Origin: an uncultured Acidobacteriota bacterium
GTDB taxonomy: Bacteria > Acidobacteriota > Thermoanaerobaculia > Multivoradales > UBA5704
DNA length: 64,000 bases
Assembly (NCBI GenBank): GCA_963770895.1
Contig: CAVYRF010000001.1
Span: 128,001 to 192,000 of the forward strand
Direction of reading: 5' to 3'
Part shown: one piece after another, positions 38,724-47,007 of the stretch
Numbering within the stretch: position 1 is the stretch's first letter
How the letters are laid out: the number at the start of each line of letters is the position of its first letter
The notes under the pieces: generated by a model
Seen by the model: the letters and a program-made list of their open reading frames with translations, nothing else
What the model was told of the DNA's origin: nothing
Databases searched by the model: none
Made by a program: the position numbers and the translations under genes

Positions 38724-40408
38724 GAATGGCCTCCGGGAGTTGCCTGGGGGAGCGGGAGCGGTGCGCCCACCGCCTGTTCCAAGGCGGCCTGGGCGTCGTT
38801 GGCGGAGCCCAGCGCGTCGACGTACTGGCGTTCGGCGTCGACCAGGGTGCGCTTGGCGTCAAGGAAGTCGAGCGCCGAGGTGGCGCCCAGGCTGTAGCTG
38901 ACCGAGGCGACGCGGTACACCTCGCGCGCTTCGGGCAGCAGCTCGTCGCGGATGAACACCACCTGCCGCATCGCGGTCGAAGCCGTGGCGTAGTTGCTGC
39001 GCACGTCCAGGCTGACCTGCACTCGCTCGTCGCTCAAGTCGGCCGCCAGCTCCGATTCGCGGTGCTCGGCGTTGGCGACCTCGCCCTTCTGGTGCTGCCA
39101 GAAGAAGATCGGAAAGCCGATCAGCAGCGTCGAGGTCCAGGTCGTCGGGCCGCCCTGCAAGGTGTTGCGCGCCAGGGTGACGTTGAAGTCCGGCGCCCAG
39201 AACTCGCGCGCCAGCCGGGTGGCGCTGCGGGCGCCGCGCTGCTGCGCCACCAGGCTCTGCAGCTCGGGCCGCGACTGCGCGGCCAGGCGCTCCAGCGTCT
39301 CGATGTCGGGCAGCGTCCCCGGCACGTCCAGCGCCTGGGTGAGCACCAGGGGGGCGCCGCCCATGCGGCCCATGATGCGGTTGAGCGTGGCGCGGGCGCT
39401 GTCGATCGTGCGCTCGTTGGCGATCAGGTCGTTGTCGGCCTGCGCCACGTCCACCTTGGCCTTGATGACGTCGACCTTGGCCACGGTGCCGCCGGCGAAG
39501 CGGGTTTCGGTCTTGGCCAGGAAGTCGGCCGAGAACTGCTTGCTCTCCTGCAGGTCGACGCGGTGGCGTTCGGCGACCAGCAGCGCGTCGTAGTCCTGCG
39601 CCGTCTGCGACTCCACCTGCTCGCGGTTCTGGATGAGGGTGAACTCCGCGGCGTGCAGCGTCGCTTCGGCCACTTCGCGGCGCAACCCGCGCTTGCCGGG
39701 GAAGGGGACGGTGAAGCCCAGGTACTGGTCGGTGATGTTGCCCGAGCCGACGTCGAGCGGGTGGTGCTCGCCCATGGTGTCGGCGCTGATCGTGGGATCG
39801 GCGAACGCGGCGGCGGTGACCGCCTGGGCCCGCGCCTCTTCCACCTGCTCGCGGGCGGCGACGATGCCGGCGTTGTGGGCCAGCGCATAGTCGATCGCCT
39901 CGCGGCGCGTCACCCGCAGCGCGTCCGGCCCCACCGCGGCAGCGCCTTCGACGCCCGTCGCCTGCGTCGCGATCGGCGGCGGCGGCACCGCACCGCCCGA
40001 GGCGGGCGCCCCTGGCTGTCCCATCGCCGGCGAGCCGCCGGGCGCTGCGGCCGGCGGCGTCTGTCCGGTGGTGGTGGCCGGCTGCCCCGCGGTCGTCGTC
40101 GGCTGGCTGGTGGTCGTCGCCGGCTGGCCCGTGCCTGTCGTGGCGGACGGCTGGCCCGGCTGGCCTGGCTGGGCGGCCTGGGATTGCGCGGTCGCCGACT
40201 GCGCCGCCGATTGCGCGGCGTCCGACTGTGCCGCCGCCTGCCCGGCCTGGGACTGCGCCGCTGATTCGGCACCCTGCGAAGAGTGCGCCGCGGGCGGCGC
40301 CGGGGCGGGGGCCGGGGCGGAAGGCGGCGGAGCCAGCCCCCAGCCGGGCAGCGCCCAGAGCGATGCGCCCAAGACGGCGCCGATGGTGCGACCTCGGAAT
40401 CCGATCAC
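38720..40408 (-). CDS. TolC/CzcC-family outer membrane efflux protein with low-complexity N-terminus
   Basis: GTG start after AGGAGG; signal peptide; OEP repeats ALAHN, FPGKRGLR and YSLGATSALDFLDA. Confidence 0.88.
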   Translation of the reverse strand: MIGFRGRTIGAVLGASLWALPGWGLAPPPSAPAPAPAPPAAHSSQGAESAAQSQAGQAAAQSDAAQSAAQSATAQSQAAQPGQPGQPSATTGTGQPATTTSQPTTTAGQPATTTGQTPPAAAPGGSPAMGQPGAPASGGAVPPPPIATQATGVEGAAAVGPDALRVTRREAIDYALAHNAGIVAAREQVEEARAQAVTAAAFADPTISADTMGEHHPLDVGSGNITDQYLGFTVPFPGKRGLRREVAEATLHAAEFTLIQNREQVESQTAQDYDALLVAERHRVDLQESKQFSADFLAKTETRFAGGTVAKVDVIKAKVDVAQADNDLIANERTIDSARATLNRIMGRMGGAPLVLTQALDVPGTLPDIETLERLAAQSRPELQSLVAQQRGARSATRLAREFWAPDFNVTLARNTLQGGPTTWTSTLLIGFPIFFWQHQKGEVANAEHRESELAADLSDERVQVSLDVRSNYATASTAMRQVVFIRDELLPEAREVYRVASVSYSLGATSALDFLDAKRTLVDAERQYVDALGSANDAQAALEQAVGAPLPLPQATPGGHS

Positions 40409-40428
40409 AGAGCCCTCCTGGGAGCTCT
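40409..40428 (-). promoter_or_regulatory. hairpin sequestering the RBS of the TolC gene
   Basis: mRNA-sense AGAGCTC-CCAGGA-GGGCTCT overlaps AGGAGG immediately before the GTG. Confidence 0.5.
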
Positions 40429-40479
40429 TCAGGTACAGCCGACGACGATGCGGAAAAAGCGGCGGTACGGCGGGGAAGG

Positions 40480-40854
40480 CTAGGCGAGGGGCGGCGCGCG
40501 GCCGCAAGCGCCGGCCTGCCGCGACGCCAGGCAGGGCGCCGGCGGCGCGACGAACGGCGGCGCCTGGCGCGGCAGAGGCGCCGCAACCGGCTGCGTCCGT
40601 GATGCCACCAGGACCAGGCCCAGCAGGCGGCAGGCAGGGCAGTCTTCGGCCGGTGGCGCGATCTGCCGGCCGCCGAGCCGCGCCGGCCCCGCGGCGGGCG
40701 CCGCGGCGACGCGCGTGTCGCCGGCGGCTGCCGGGGTGGTGGCCAGCGCCGCCGAATGCCGGACGCATTCGTGCAGACTGGGCAGGAAGCCGAAGATTTC
40801 GGCCGCCGCCACGATCAGGCAGAGCAGATAGGCGGCCAAGCGACGTACACGCAT
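40480..40854 (-). CDS. DUF2946/CutF/CruR-like leader protein with CxxC and C-terminal RAPP (124 aa)
   Basis: N-terminal hydrophobic helix, HEC..H, CPAC and a Pro-rich tail ending GRAPPLA. Lies directly upstream of the efflux operon. Confidence 0.75.
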   Translation of the reverse strand: MRVRRLAAYLLCLIVAAAEIFGFLPSLHECVRHSAALATTPAAAGDTRVAAAPAAGPARLGGRQIAPPAEDCPACRLLGLVLVASRTQPVAAPLPRQAPPFVAPPAPCLASRQAGACGRAPPLA

Positions 40855-41040
40855 CGCCAATAGGTTAGCACGACAGGCACTCCAGCGCGCGGCGGCGCCA
40901 GTGGTTGTAAGCCCCGAGCGCGCGGCGGTGGTCCTTGGTGGCGGGCTCACGCCGCCGCCCTGTAATAGAGTGGACGTCCATCGAGGTGCCAGCCGCGGAG
41001 TTCGAGGGGGCGTGGTCCGGCGCTTGCCCTGTGGACGGAG

Positions 41041-41685
41041 GTGAGGGTGATCATCCGGGAGTACCGGCCGGCGGATTTTGAGCGGCTCCTGGCGATCGAT
41101 CATGCGGCGTTCGTGCCGGCGCTGGCGTATTCGCGCTCCGAGCTGCGCTATTACGTGCTGGCGCGGCGCGGCAAGACGCTGGTGGCCGAGGCTGCCGCCG
41201 GGGACCGGCGGCACGATGACGGCGCCGGCGGCACTGGTAGCGATGGCGCCGGTGGCGCCGGCGGTGGCGGTAGCGCTGACGCCGGTGGTGACGGCGAGGT
41301 GGTCGGGTTTGTCATCGCGCGCTGCGCTCAGCGCGGCTGGGGGACGGTGGTGACGCTCGACGTGGCGCCGGCCTGGCAGCGACGCGGGATCGGCGGCCGG
41401 CTGATGGCCGCGATCGAAGCGTGGCTGGCGGCGCAGGGGGTGCGGGTGGTGTCGCTGGAGACGCCGGCGGACGAAAGCGGCGCCAGCCAATTCTACGAGC
41501 GGCACGGCTACCAGCTGGGAACCCTGCTGCGCGGCTACTACCACGGCCGCGTCGACGCCTTCGCGATGTTCAAGCGCCTGCCGCCGCCGCCGCCGGCTGC
41601 CGCCGGCCGGGATGACGCGGCCGGGTCGGACGGCCCGGACGCCCAGCCCGGCCCGCACGGTCCGCAAAGCGGCAGCGACCACTAG
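41041..41685 (+). CDS. GNAT acetyltransferase (RimI-like) with a Gly-rich insert
   Basis: LDVAPAWQRRGIGGRLM, FYERHGY and GYY motifs. Confidence 0.85.
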   Translation: MRVIIREYRPADFERLLAIDHAAFVPALAYSRSELRYYVLARRGKTLVAEAAAGDRRHDDGAGGTGSDGAGGAGGGGSADAGGDGEVVGFVIARCAQRGWGTVVTLDVAPAWQRRGIGGRLMAAIEAWLAAQGVRVVSLETPADESGASQFYERHGYQLGTLLRGYYHGRVDAFAMFKRLPPPPPAAAGRDDAAGSDGPDAQPGPHGPQSGSDH

Positions 41686-41726
41686 TGGCCTGCGGGTAGT
41701 GGCCGGGCCGGCTGGTCGGGGGCGGT

Positions 41727-44402
41727 TCAGGCGACCGGCAGCGGGGCCAGGGCGGCGATGACGTCGCCGGTCGTGGCGCAGCGGTCTTCGGGGCGCTTGG
41801 CCAGGAGCTTGTCGATCACCAGGTCGCTCCACGCCTGCGGCAGGCCGGGGCGCAGCGACAGCAGGCTGGGCGGCGGCTGCTGCAGGTGCTGGATGGCGAT
41901 CGCCGTCGAGTTGGCGCCGTCGAACGGTTCGCGGCCGGCAAGCAGGGCGAAGGCCAGGACGCCCAGCGAGTAGATGTCGGAGCGGCCGTCGATGGCCAGG
42001 CCCTGGATCTGCTCGGGCGACATGTAGAGCGGCGAGCCCAAGGCGAAGCCGGCCTGCGTCAGCCGCTTGTTCTCGAAACCGCTCATGCGGGCGATGCCGA
42101 AGTCCAGGATCTTGAGCCGCGTCGCGGTCAGGATGACGTTTTCGGGCTTGAGGTCGCGGTGCACCACTCCCAGGGCGTGGGCTTCCCCCAGGCCCGACGC
42201 GATTTCCGTCAGGATGGTCTTGATGCGGTCCAGGGGCAGCCGCCGGTCGGGGTCGATCAGGTCGGCCAGGACCTCGCCTTCGAGCAGCTCCATGATGATG
42301 AAGATCCATTCGCCGTGGCGGCCCAGGTCGAACACGCGCACCACGTTGGGGTGGGTGATCTTGCGGCAGATCTGCACTTCGCGCAGCAGCCGCTCGACGT
42401 CCACCGAGCCGTCTTCGTGGTGGCTGAGCAGCATCTTGATCGCCACCGGTTCGCCCAGCTCGATGTCCTGCGCCTTGTAGACCCTGCCCATGCCTCCCTG
42501 GCCCAGCTCGGCCAGGATCTGGAAGCGGCCGGCGAGCATCTGGCCGACGCTCAGGGTGCCGATGGGGCGGCCGGGGCCGCGCGGCCGCGATGGACGGGCG
42601 TCCGCGCCCGCGGCGCCGGCGGCTTCACCGGCGCCGGTGCCGCCGGCCGGGATGGCACCGGTCTGGCCACCGGCGGCATCGGCGGCCGTCACCTGCCGCG
42701 ACCGCGACGCCCCCGGCGGTGCCACCGAACGCACGTCCAGCTCGTCGCTGGCGAACAGGCCGGTCGCATGGGTCGGCGGCGGGTCCACCGCACCGGGCCT
42801 TGTCCCGGCTCCAGGCCTCGCCGCGGTGCCGGCGCCGAGCGCGGCGCCATCGAAGGCGACCGCCATCGTCGGCGCCGCCGCGGTCGGCCGCGCCGTCAGG
42901 CCCGGCATGGGCGGAAACGGCGTGACGCGGGTCGCCGCCGTGTCGGGTTCCTGGCGCCGCCGCACGGTGGCCAGGCGCTCGGCCGCGTCCTGGTATTGGA
43001 TCGACGGGTCCGCCAGCTCCTTGAAGCAGGCCGCCGCGTGATCGAGCTTGCCCAGCTGCTCGTAGGAGCGCCCCAGCAGGTAGAGGCGTTCGCAGGCGAC
43101 CTGGAAGCGCTCGCCGCTGCGCGCGTGCACCAGCGTCGAGGGCCGCGCCTGGGGCAGCTGGCCGAGCCGGCGCAGCGCCTCTTCGGCCTTGCCCTCCGCC
43201 AGCAGCAGCGGCGCCAGCTGCAGCATCGCCGCTTCATGCTCGGCGCTGCCGGCGGCGACCTGCATGAGCGCCTGGGCGGCCTTGCCGCGCTCGCCCGCCG
43301 CCAGCAGCTGCGTCGCGGCGGCGACGCGCTGCTTCGCCTTGAGGTATTGGTCGGCGGCGGCGAGCGGGTCGCCCGCCTTGGCGTAGGCCGCTGCCGCAAG
43401 CGCATGCTTGCCCAAGGCGGCGTAACAGCGGCCGGCGTCGCGTGGGCGTGAGGCGCGCAGGTAGGCTTCGGCGGCGCGCTCGTGCTCCTGCGCCGTTTCC
43501 CAGCGCGACCCGGCCTTGGCCCAGTCGCCGCCGGCCTCGTAGGCCTCCGCCGCTTCGCGCGCCAGCCCCGCCGCGGCAAACACGTTGCCGGCTTCCACCG
43601 CGTGGCCGCTGCGCAGATAGATCTGGGCGGCCAGCCGGCGATCGATGTTGGGGGAGCGTTGCAGCAGCCGCACCGCCGCCTCGGTGTCGCCCATCTGCAG
43701 CGCCGCTTCGATCGCCTCGCGGTACTTGCCGCTGTCGGCGAGCAGGCGCACCCCCTGCGTCGTCGGCCGCACGTCGCGCAGCAGCGCCGCGGCTTCGGCC
43801 TCCTTGCCGAGCTTGCGCAACACTTCGGCGCGGCGCAGGCCGATGCGCGCCAGCTGCTCCTGGTTGGCCGCCGGCGGGCGGCCTGGCTCACCCTGGCCGG
43901 ACAGGCGCCTGGCTTCCAGCTCGAGCACGCGCAGGGCGTCGTCGAGCAGCTCGGCGTTCTCGTACTGCTGGGCGGCTTCCCACAGCGCCCTGCCGCGTTC
44001 GAACAGCCGGCCGGCGCGGGCGGCCTGGCCCAACGCCAGGGCGCTGGCCGCCGCCCGCCGGAAGGCGTGCGCCAGCTCGAAGAGGCCGATCGCTTCGTCG
44101 TGGTGGCCGCGCGCCACCAGGTACTCCGCCGCCGGCACCGCCCGCAGCGGCCCGCCGCCGGCGGTCAGCTCGGGCGGCACGGTGCCGAACACCGCCTTGA
44201 GCGCGCACTCCACCGCCAGGCGCTCGTCGCCCGCTTCGACCGCCAGGCGCGCCGCCTTGCGCAGGTCGCCCGCCAGCGCATACATCTCGGCGGCCTTTTG
44301 CGTCCTGCCTTCGCGTTGATAGATCTCGGCCCGCTGCCGGGGATCACGCTTGAGCTTCGCGGCGAATCCAGGCTTAGGGGGCTTCAGAACCATGCCGACC
44401 AC
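41727..44402 (-). CDS. Hanks-type Ser/Thr protein kinase with N-terminal TPR/alpha-solenoid repeats
   Basis: LGQGGMGRVY, VAIK, HRDLKPEN, DFG and YMSPEQ. Repeated AA..Y..AG helices precede the kinase. Confidence 0.92.
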   Translation of the reverse strand: MVGMVLKPPKPGFAAKLKRDPRQRAEIYQREGRTQKAAEMYALAGDLRKAARLAVEAGDERLAVECALKAVFGTVPPELTAGGGPLRAVPAAEYLVARGHHDEAIGLFELAHAFRRAAASALALGQAARAGRLFERGRALWEAAQQYENAELLDDALRVLELEARRLSGQGEPGRPPAANQEQLARIGLRRAEVLRKLGKEAEAAALLRDVRPTTQGVRLLADSGKYREAIEAALQMGDTEAAVRLLQRSPNIDRRLAAQIYLRSGHAVEAGNVFAAAGLAREAAEAYEAGGDWAKAGSRWETAQEHERAAEAYLRASRPRDAGRCYAALGKHALAAAAYAKAGDPLAAADQYLKAKQRVAAATQLLAAGERGKAAQALMQVAAGSAEHEAAMLQLAPLLLAEGKAEEALRRLGQLPQARPSTLVHARSGERFQVACERLYLLGRSYEQLGKLDHAAACFKELADPSIQYQDAAERLATVRRRQEPDTAATRVTPFPPMPGLTARPTAAAPTMAVAFDGAALGAGTAARPGAGTRPGAVDPPPTHATGLFASDELDVRSVAPPGASRSRQVTAADAAGGQTGAIPAGGTGAGEAAGAAGADARPSRPRGPGRPIGTLSVGQMLAGRFQILAELGQGGMGRVYKAQDIELGEPVAIKMLLSHHEDGSVDVERLLREVQICRKITHPNVVRVFDLGRHGEWIFIIMELLEGEVLADLIDPDRRLPLDRIKTILTEIASGLGEAHALGVVHRDLKPENVILTATRLKILDFGIARMSGFENKRLTQAGFALGSPLYMSPEQIQGLAIDGRSDIYSLGVLAFALLAGREPFDGANSTAIAIQHLQQPPPSLLSLRPGLPQAWSDLVIDKLLAKRPEDRCATTGDVIAALAPLPVA

Positions 44403-44641
44403 GTTCTCCGGGGCCGATGTCGCTGCCGAAACGTCGAACTTGCAGTATAGAGCATATGTTCACGTGCAAAAAGCGCTCTGCATCGCAGCCCCGGGGCAAA
44501 AAAGTAGCATAGCACCGAGCCCTCTCCGCCGCGTGCCGCCCAGCCAACACCAGGCGCCGGCCATTCAGACATACATATATACGCGAGCGGCGAGCCGTTG
44601 GCGGACCGGGCGGGGGGGCGGCAACGGCCCGGCGGATGCTA

Positions 44642-45743
44642 TTGATACCTGCGTAACAAATGTCCTATACTCTGGGCAGGAGGATAGCCATGCGTCCTCA
44701 AGGAAGCCCAGAGGAGTTGGAACGGCGGCGCAAGCGGGCTGTAGAGCTTCTCCGTGAGGGGTTGCCGCCGGTTGAAGTGGCCCGGATGGTGGGTGTCGAT
44801 AGAAGGAGCGTTCGGCGGTGGAAGGCGGCGCATCAGCAGAGCGGAGCGATGGGCTTGCGGGCCAAGCCTGTTCCGGGACGCCCGAGTCGACTTCCGCAGG
44901 CGGCCAAGGCTGCGCTGGAAGAGTTGCTGCTCCAGGGCGCCGCGGCCGCAGGGTATCCAACGGACCTGTGGACATGCCCACGGGTCGCAGACGTGATCTT
45001 CTCCCGGTTTGGGGTGCATTATCACGCTGATCATGTCGGCCGGCTGCTGCACAGTCTCGGCTGGAGCCCGCAGAAGCCTCAGCGACGCGCCGTCGAACGC
45101 GATGAGGAGAAGATTCAGACATGGATTAAGCAGGAGTGGCCCCGCATTAAAAAAAAGCTTGGCGCCTGAATGCAACGCTGGTTTTTATCGACGAGAGCGG
45201 TTTCTTGATGGCTCCGTGGGTCCGTCGGAGCTGGTCGCGCCACGGCCAAACGCCGGTACTGGTGCAGCGGACGCGCTCTCATCAAAAGGTCTCGGCCATC
45301 GCCGCTCTCTGCATCTCGCCGAGCCGCGACGAGCTGTCGTTGTTCTTCCGACTGCATCCAGATCGAAATATTTGCATCCCCGAGATCGTGGAGTTTCTCC
45401 GCGGCCTTGCTCGCCACTTACAGGGCCGGGCGGTAGTGATTTGGGATCGCCTCCAAGCTCACCGCAGCAAGCGGGTTGACGAGGTTCTTCGGCAAAGCCA
45501 GGGGTCGCGAGCGTCCTTTCTGCCTCCGTACGCCCCCGACCTCAACCCCGTCGAATGTGTCTGGTCGTATTTGAAGACCGGCGCTATTGCCAACCTCGCG
45601 CCAACTCAACTCGACGTACTCACCGCCGCCGCGCGTCACGGTCACCGCAGCCTTCAGCGGAATCAGCCTCTGCTTCGATCCTTCCTGGCGCACAGTCCGC
45701 TTTTTTTGCGCCTCAACTAGGACATTGGTTATGCATGTATCAA
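44642..45743 (+). mobile_element. IS630-family insertion sequence, about 1.1 kb
   Basis: Terminal inverted repeats TTGATACCTGCGTAACAAATGTCCTA and TAGGACATTGGTTATGCATGTATCAA (3 mismatches), flanked by duplicated TA in a CTAG target. Confidence 0.93.
44690..45720 (+). CDS. IS630 transposase (orfA HTH + orfB DDE joined by a -1 frameshift)
   Basis: HTH/winged-helix orfA; A8 run at 45149-45156. The -1 frame continues KKAWRLNATLVFIDESG...IWDRL...LPPYAPDLNPVE. Confidence 0.9.
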
Positions 45744-45759
45744 TAGTAGGCCCCGCCGC

Positions 45760-47007
45760 TCACGAAAGGCGCACCGCTGCAGCATGGTCTTTGAGCAGGG
45801 GGACCCGACGCCAGTGCCGAAACAGGGCGTCAGCGTGCTCGCTAGGCATGACATCCCTGCCGGTCGAGAGGCGCCATGCGGTGGTGATTCGGGACAGCGC
45901 CTCACGCACGGTCTCGATCGTTTGTCCGGCGTCTGCCTGTGCATGCGCCGCCAGCCGCGCAAAGGTTTTCTCGCTCACCTGCGCAGGATCGCGACTACCG
46001 AGGAGGGACAGCGCCAGATCGGCGCGCACTTCGGGCCATGCTACGGTGCATACCTGGTCGTAGAGCGGTGAGAGCTCAGCTGTGATGCCGTCGGGGTAGA
46101 CCAGGGACCAATTCTTCAAATGGGCATCATTGTTGCCACTGGCGATGATGAAGACCAGCCGACGGACAAATTCGAGGTATGCTTCCTGGCCGGCGATATT
46201 CTTGATCAAGAGCGCACACTGTTGGTATTTAATGTTGTCGTACTTTGCCTCTGGCGGCGTGTTGACGGCTTGTGCCAAATCTTCCTGGTGAATGCGTTGC
46301 TGGCCCTGCCGGTCATAACGCCTAATCAAGAGAACGTGACCACCGGTAGGCGCGTGCACCTGAAGTTCACGGGACAGCGCCGACCGCGGCAGTATGTGGC
46401 ATTCAGGTACTTCGAAGCCTGCAGCACGTGCCCATTCGAGCATGGCATACTCGTTCTCCACCACCTGTGCAAAGGTCGAAGAGTCTAGCTTGGCAATCCA
46501 TTCTCCTCCGTGCCCATGGACCGGGAGCGTAAGCTTGTCATGCTGCCTCAGCACTGAGAACTTGAGCTGTACTCCAGCGAGAGAGAAGCGAAGCCCCCCA
46601 TCGGCCGACCCTGCGGTAAACCGTGTTACTCCGTTCGAGGCCCCATCATCAGTGCCTTCCTCGATCTCCTCAAGGTTCTCTGACGCAGAGCGGATCTCGA
46701 CCGCACCTGGAAGATCCCGGCCCACCGCGGCAAGCAGGGCTATGTCGTCGCCTTGGGGAAGACTTGCATCGCTCTCGATCAGGGCGCGTAAGGGGCCTTC
46801 GGGTACCAGGTTCGCGAAGAACGCCGGAAGACCTCGCTTTCTACGATAGACCTTGCTGAGGTCGTCCTCAAACGATTGGCTAAGGACGGGGCGCCTGGTT
46901 CGGCGCCGGTACTCGTCTGTCAGCCGGAAAGATACCTTCCCGTCATCATTCTCCAAGAGATAGCCAGCACGAAGACCCTGGAGAAGAACCTCGAGGCTGC
47001 GGCTCAT
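45760..47007 (-). CDS. HipA-family Ser/Thr kinase (N-terminal coupling domain + kinase)
   Basis: FFANLVPEG, RFSLAGVQLK (Gly loop), RYDR, HQEDLAQA, NNDAHLKNWS and LSPLYD. Confidence 0.92.
   Translation of the reverse strand: MSRSLEVLLQGLRAGYLLENDDGKVSFRLTDEYRRRTRRPVLSQSFEDDLSKVYRRKRGLPAFFANLVPEGPLRALIESDASLPQGDDIALLAAVGRDLPGAVEIRSASENLEEIEEGTDDGASNGVTRFTAGSADGGLRFSLAGVQLKFSVLRQHDKLTLPVHGHGGEWIAKLDSSTFAQVVENEYAMLEWARAAGFEVPECHILPRSALSRELQVHAPTGGHVLLIRRYDRQGQQRIHQEDLAQAVNTPPEAKYDNIKYQQCALLIKNIAGQEAYLEFVRRLVFIIASGNNDAHLKNWSLVYPDGITAELSPLYDQVCTVAWPEVRADLALSLLGSRDPAQVSEKTFARLAAHAQADAGQTIETVREALSRITTAWRLSTGRDVMPSEHADALFRHWRRVPLLKDHAAAVRLS

Noticed and set aside
34297-38862. 1521-aa minus-strand ORF
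   Set aside because: Only about 36916-37527 is real (the CusA N-terminus); the rest is out-of-frame Arg/Pro-rich sequence.
45149-45169. IS630 transposase called a pseudogene because it is split
   Set aside because: The split is at an A8 slippery run typical of programmed -1 frameshifting in IS630 elements.
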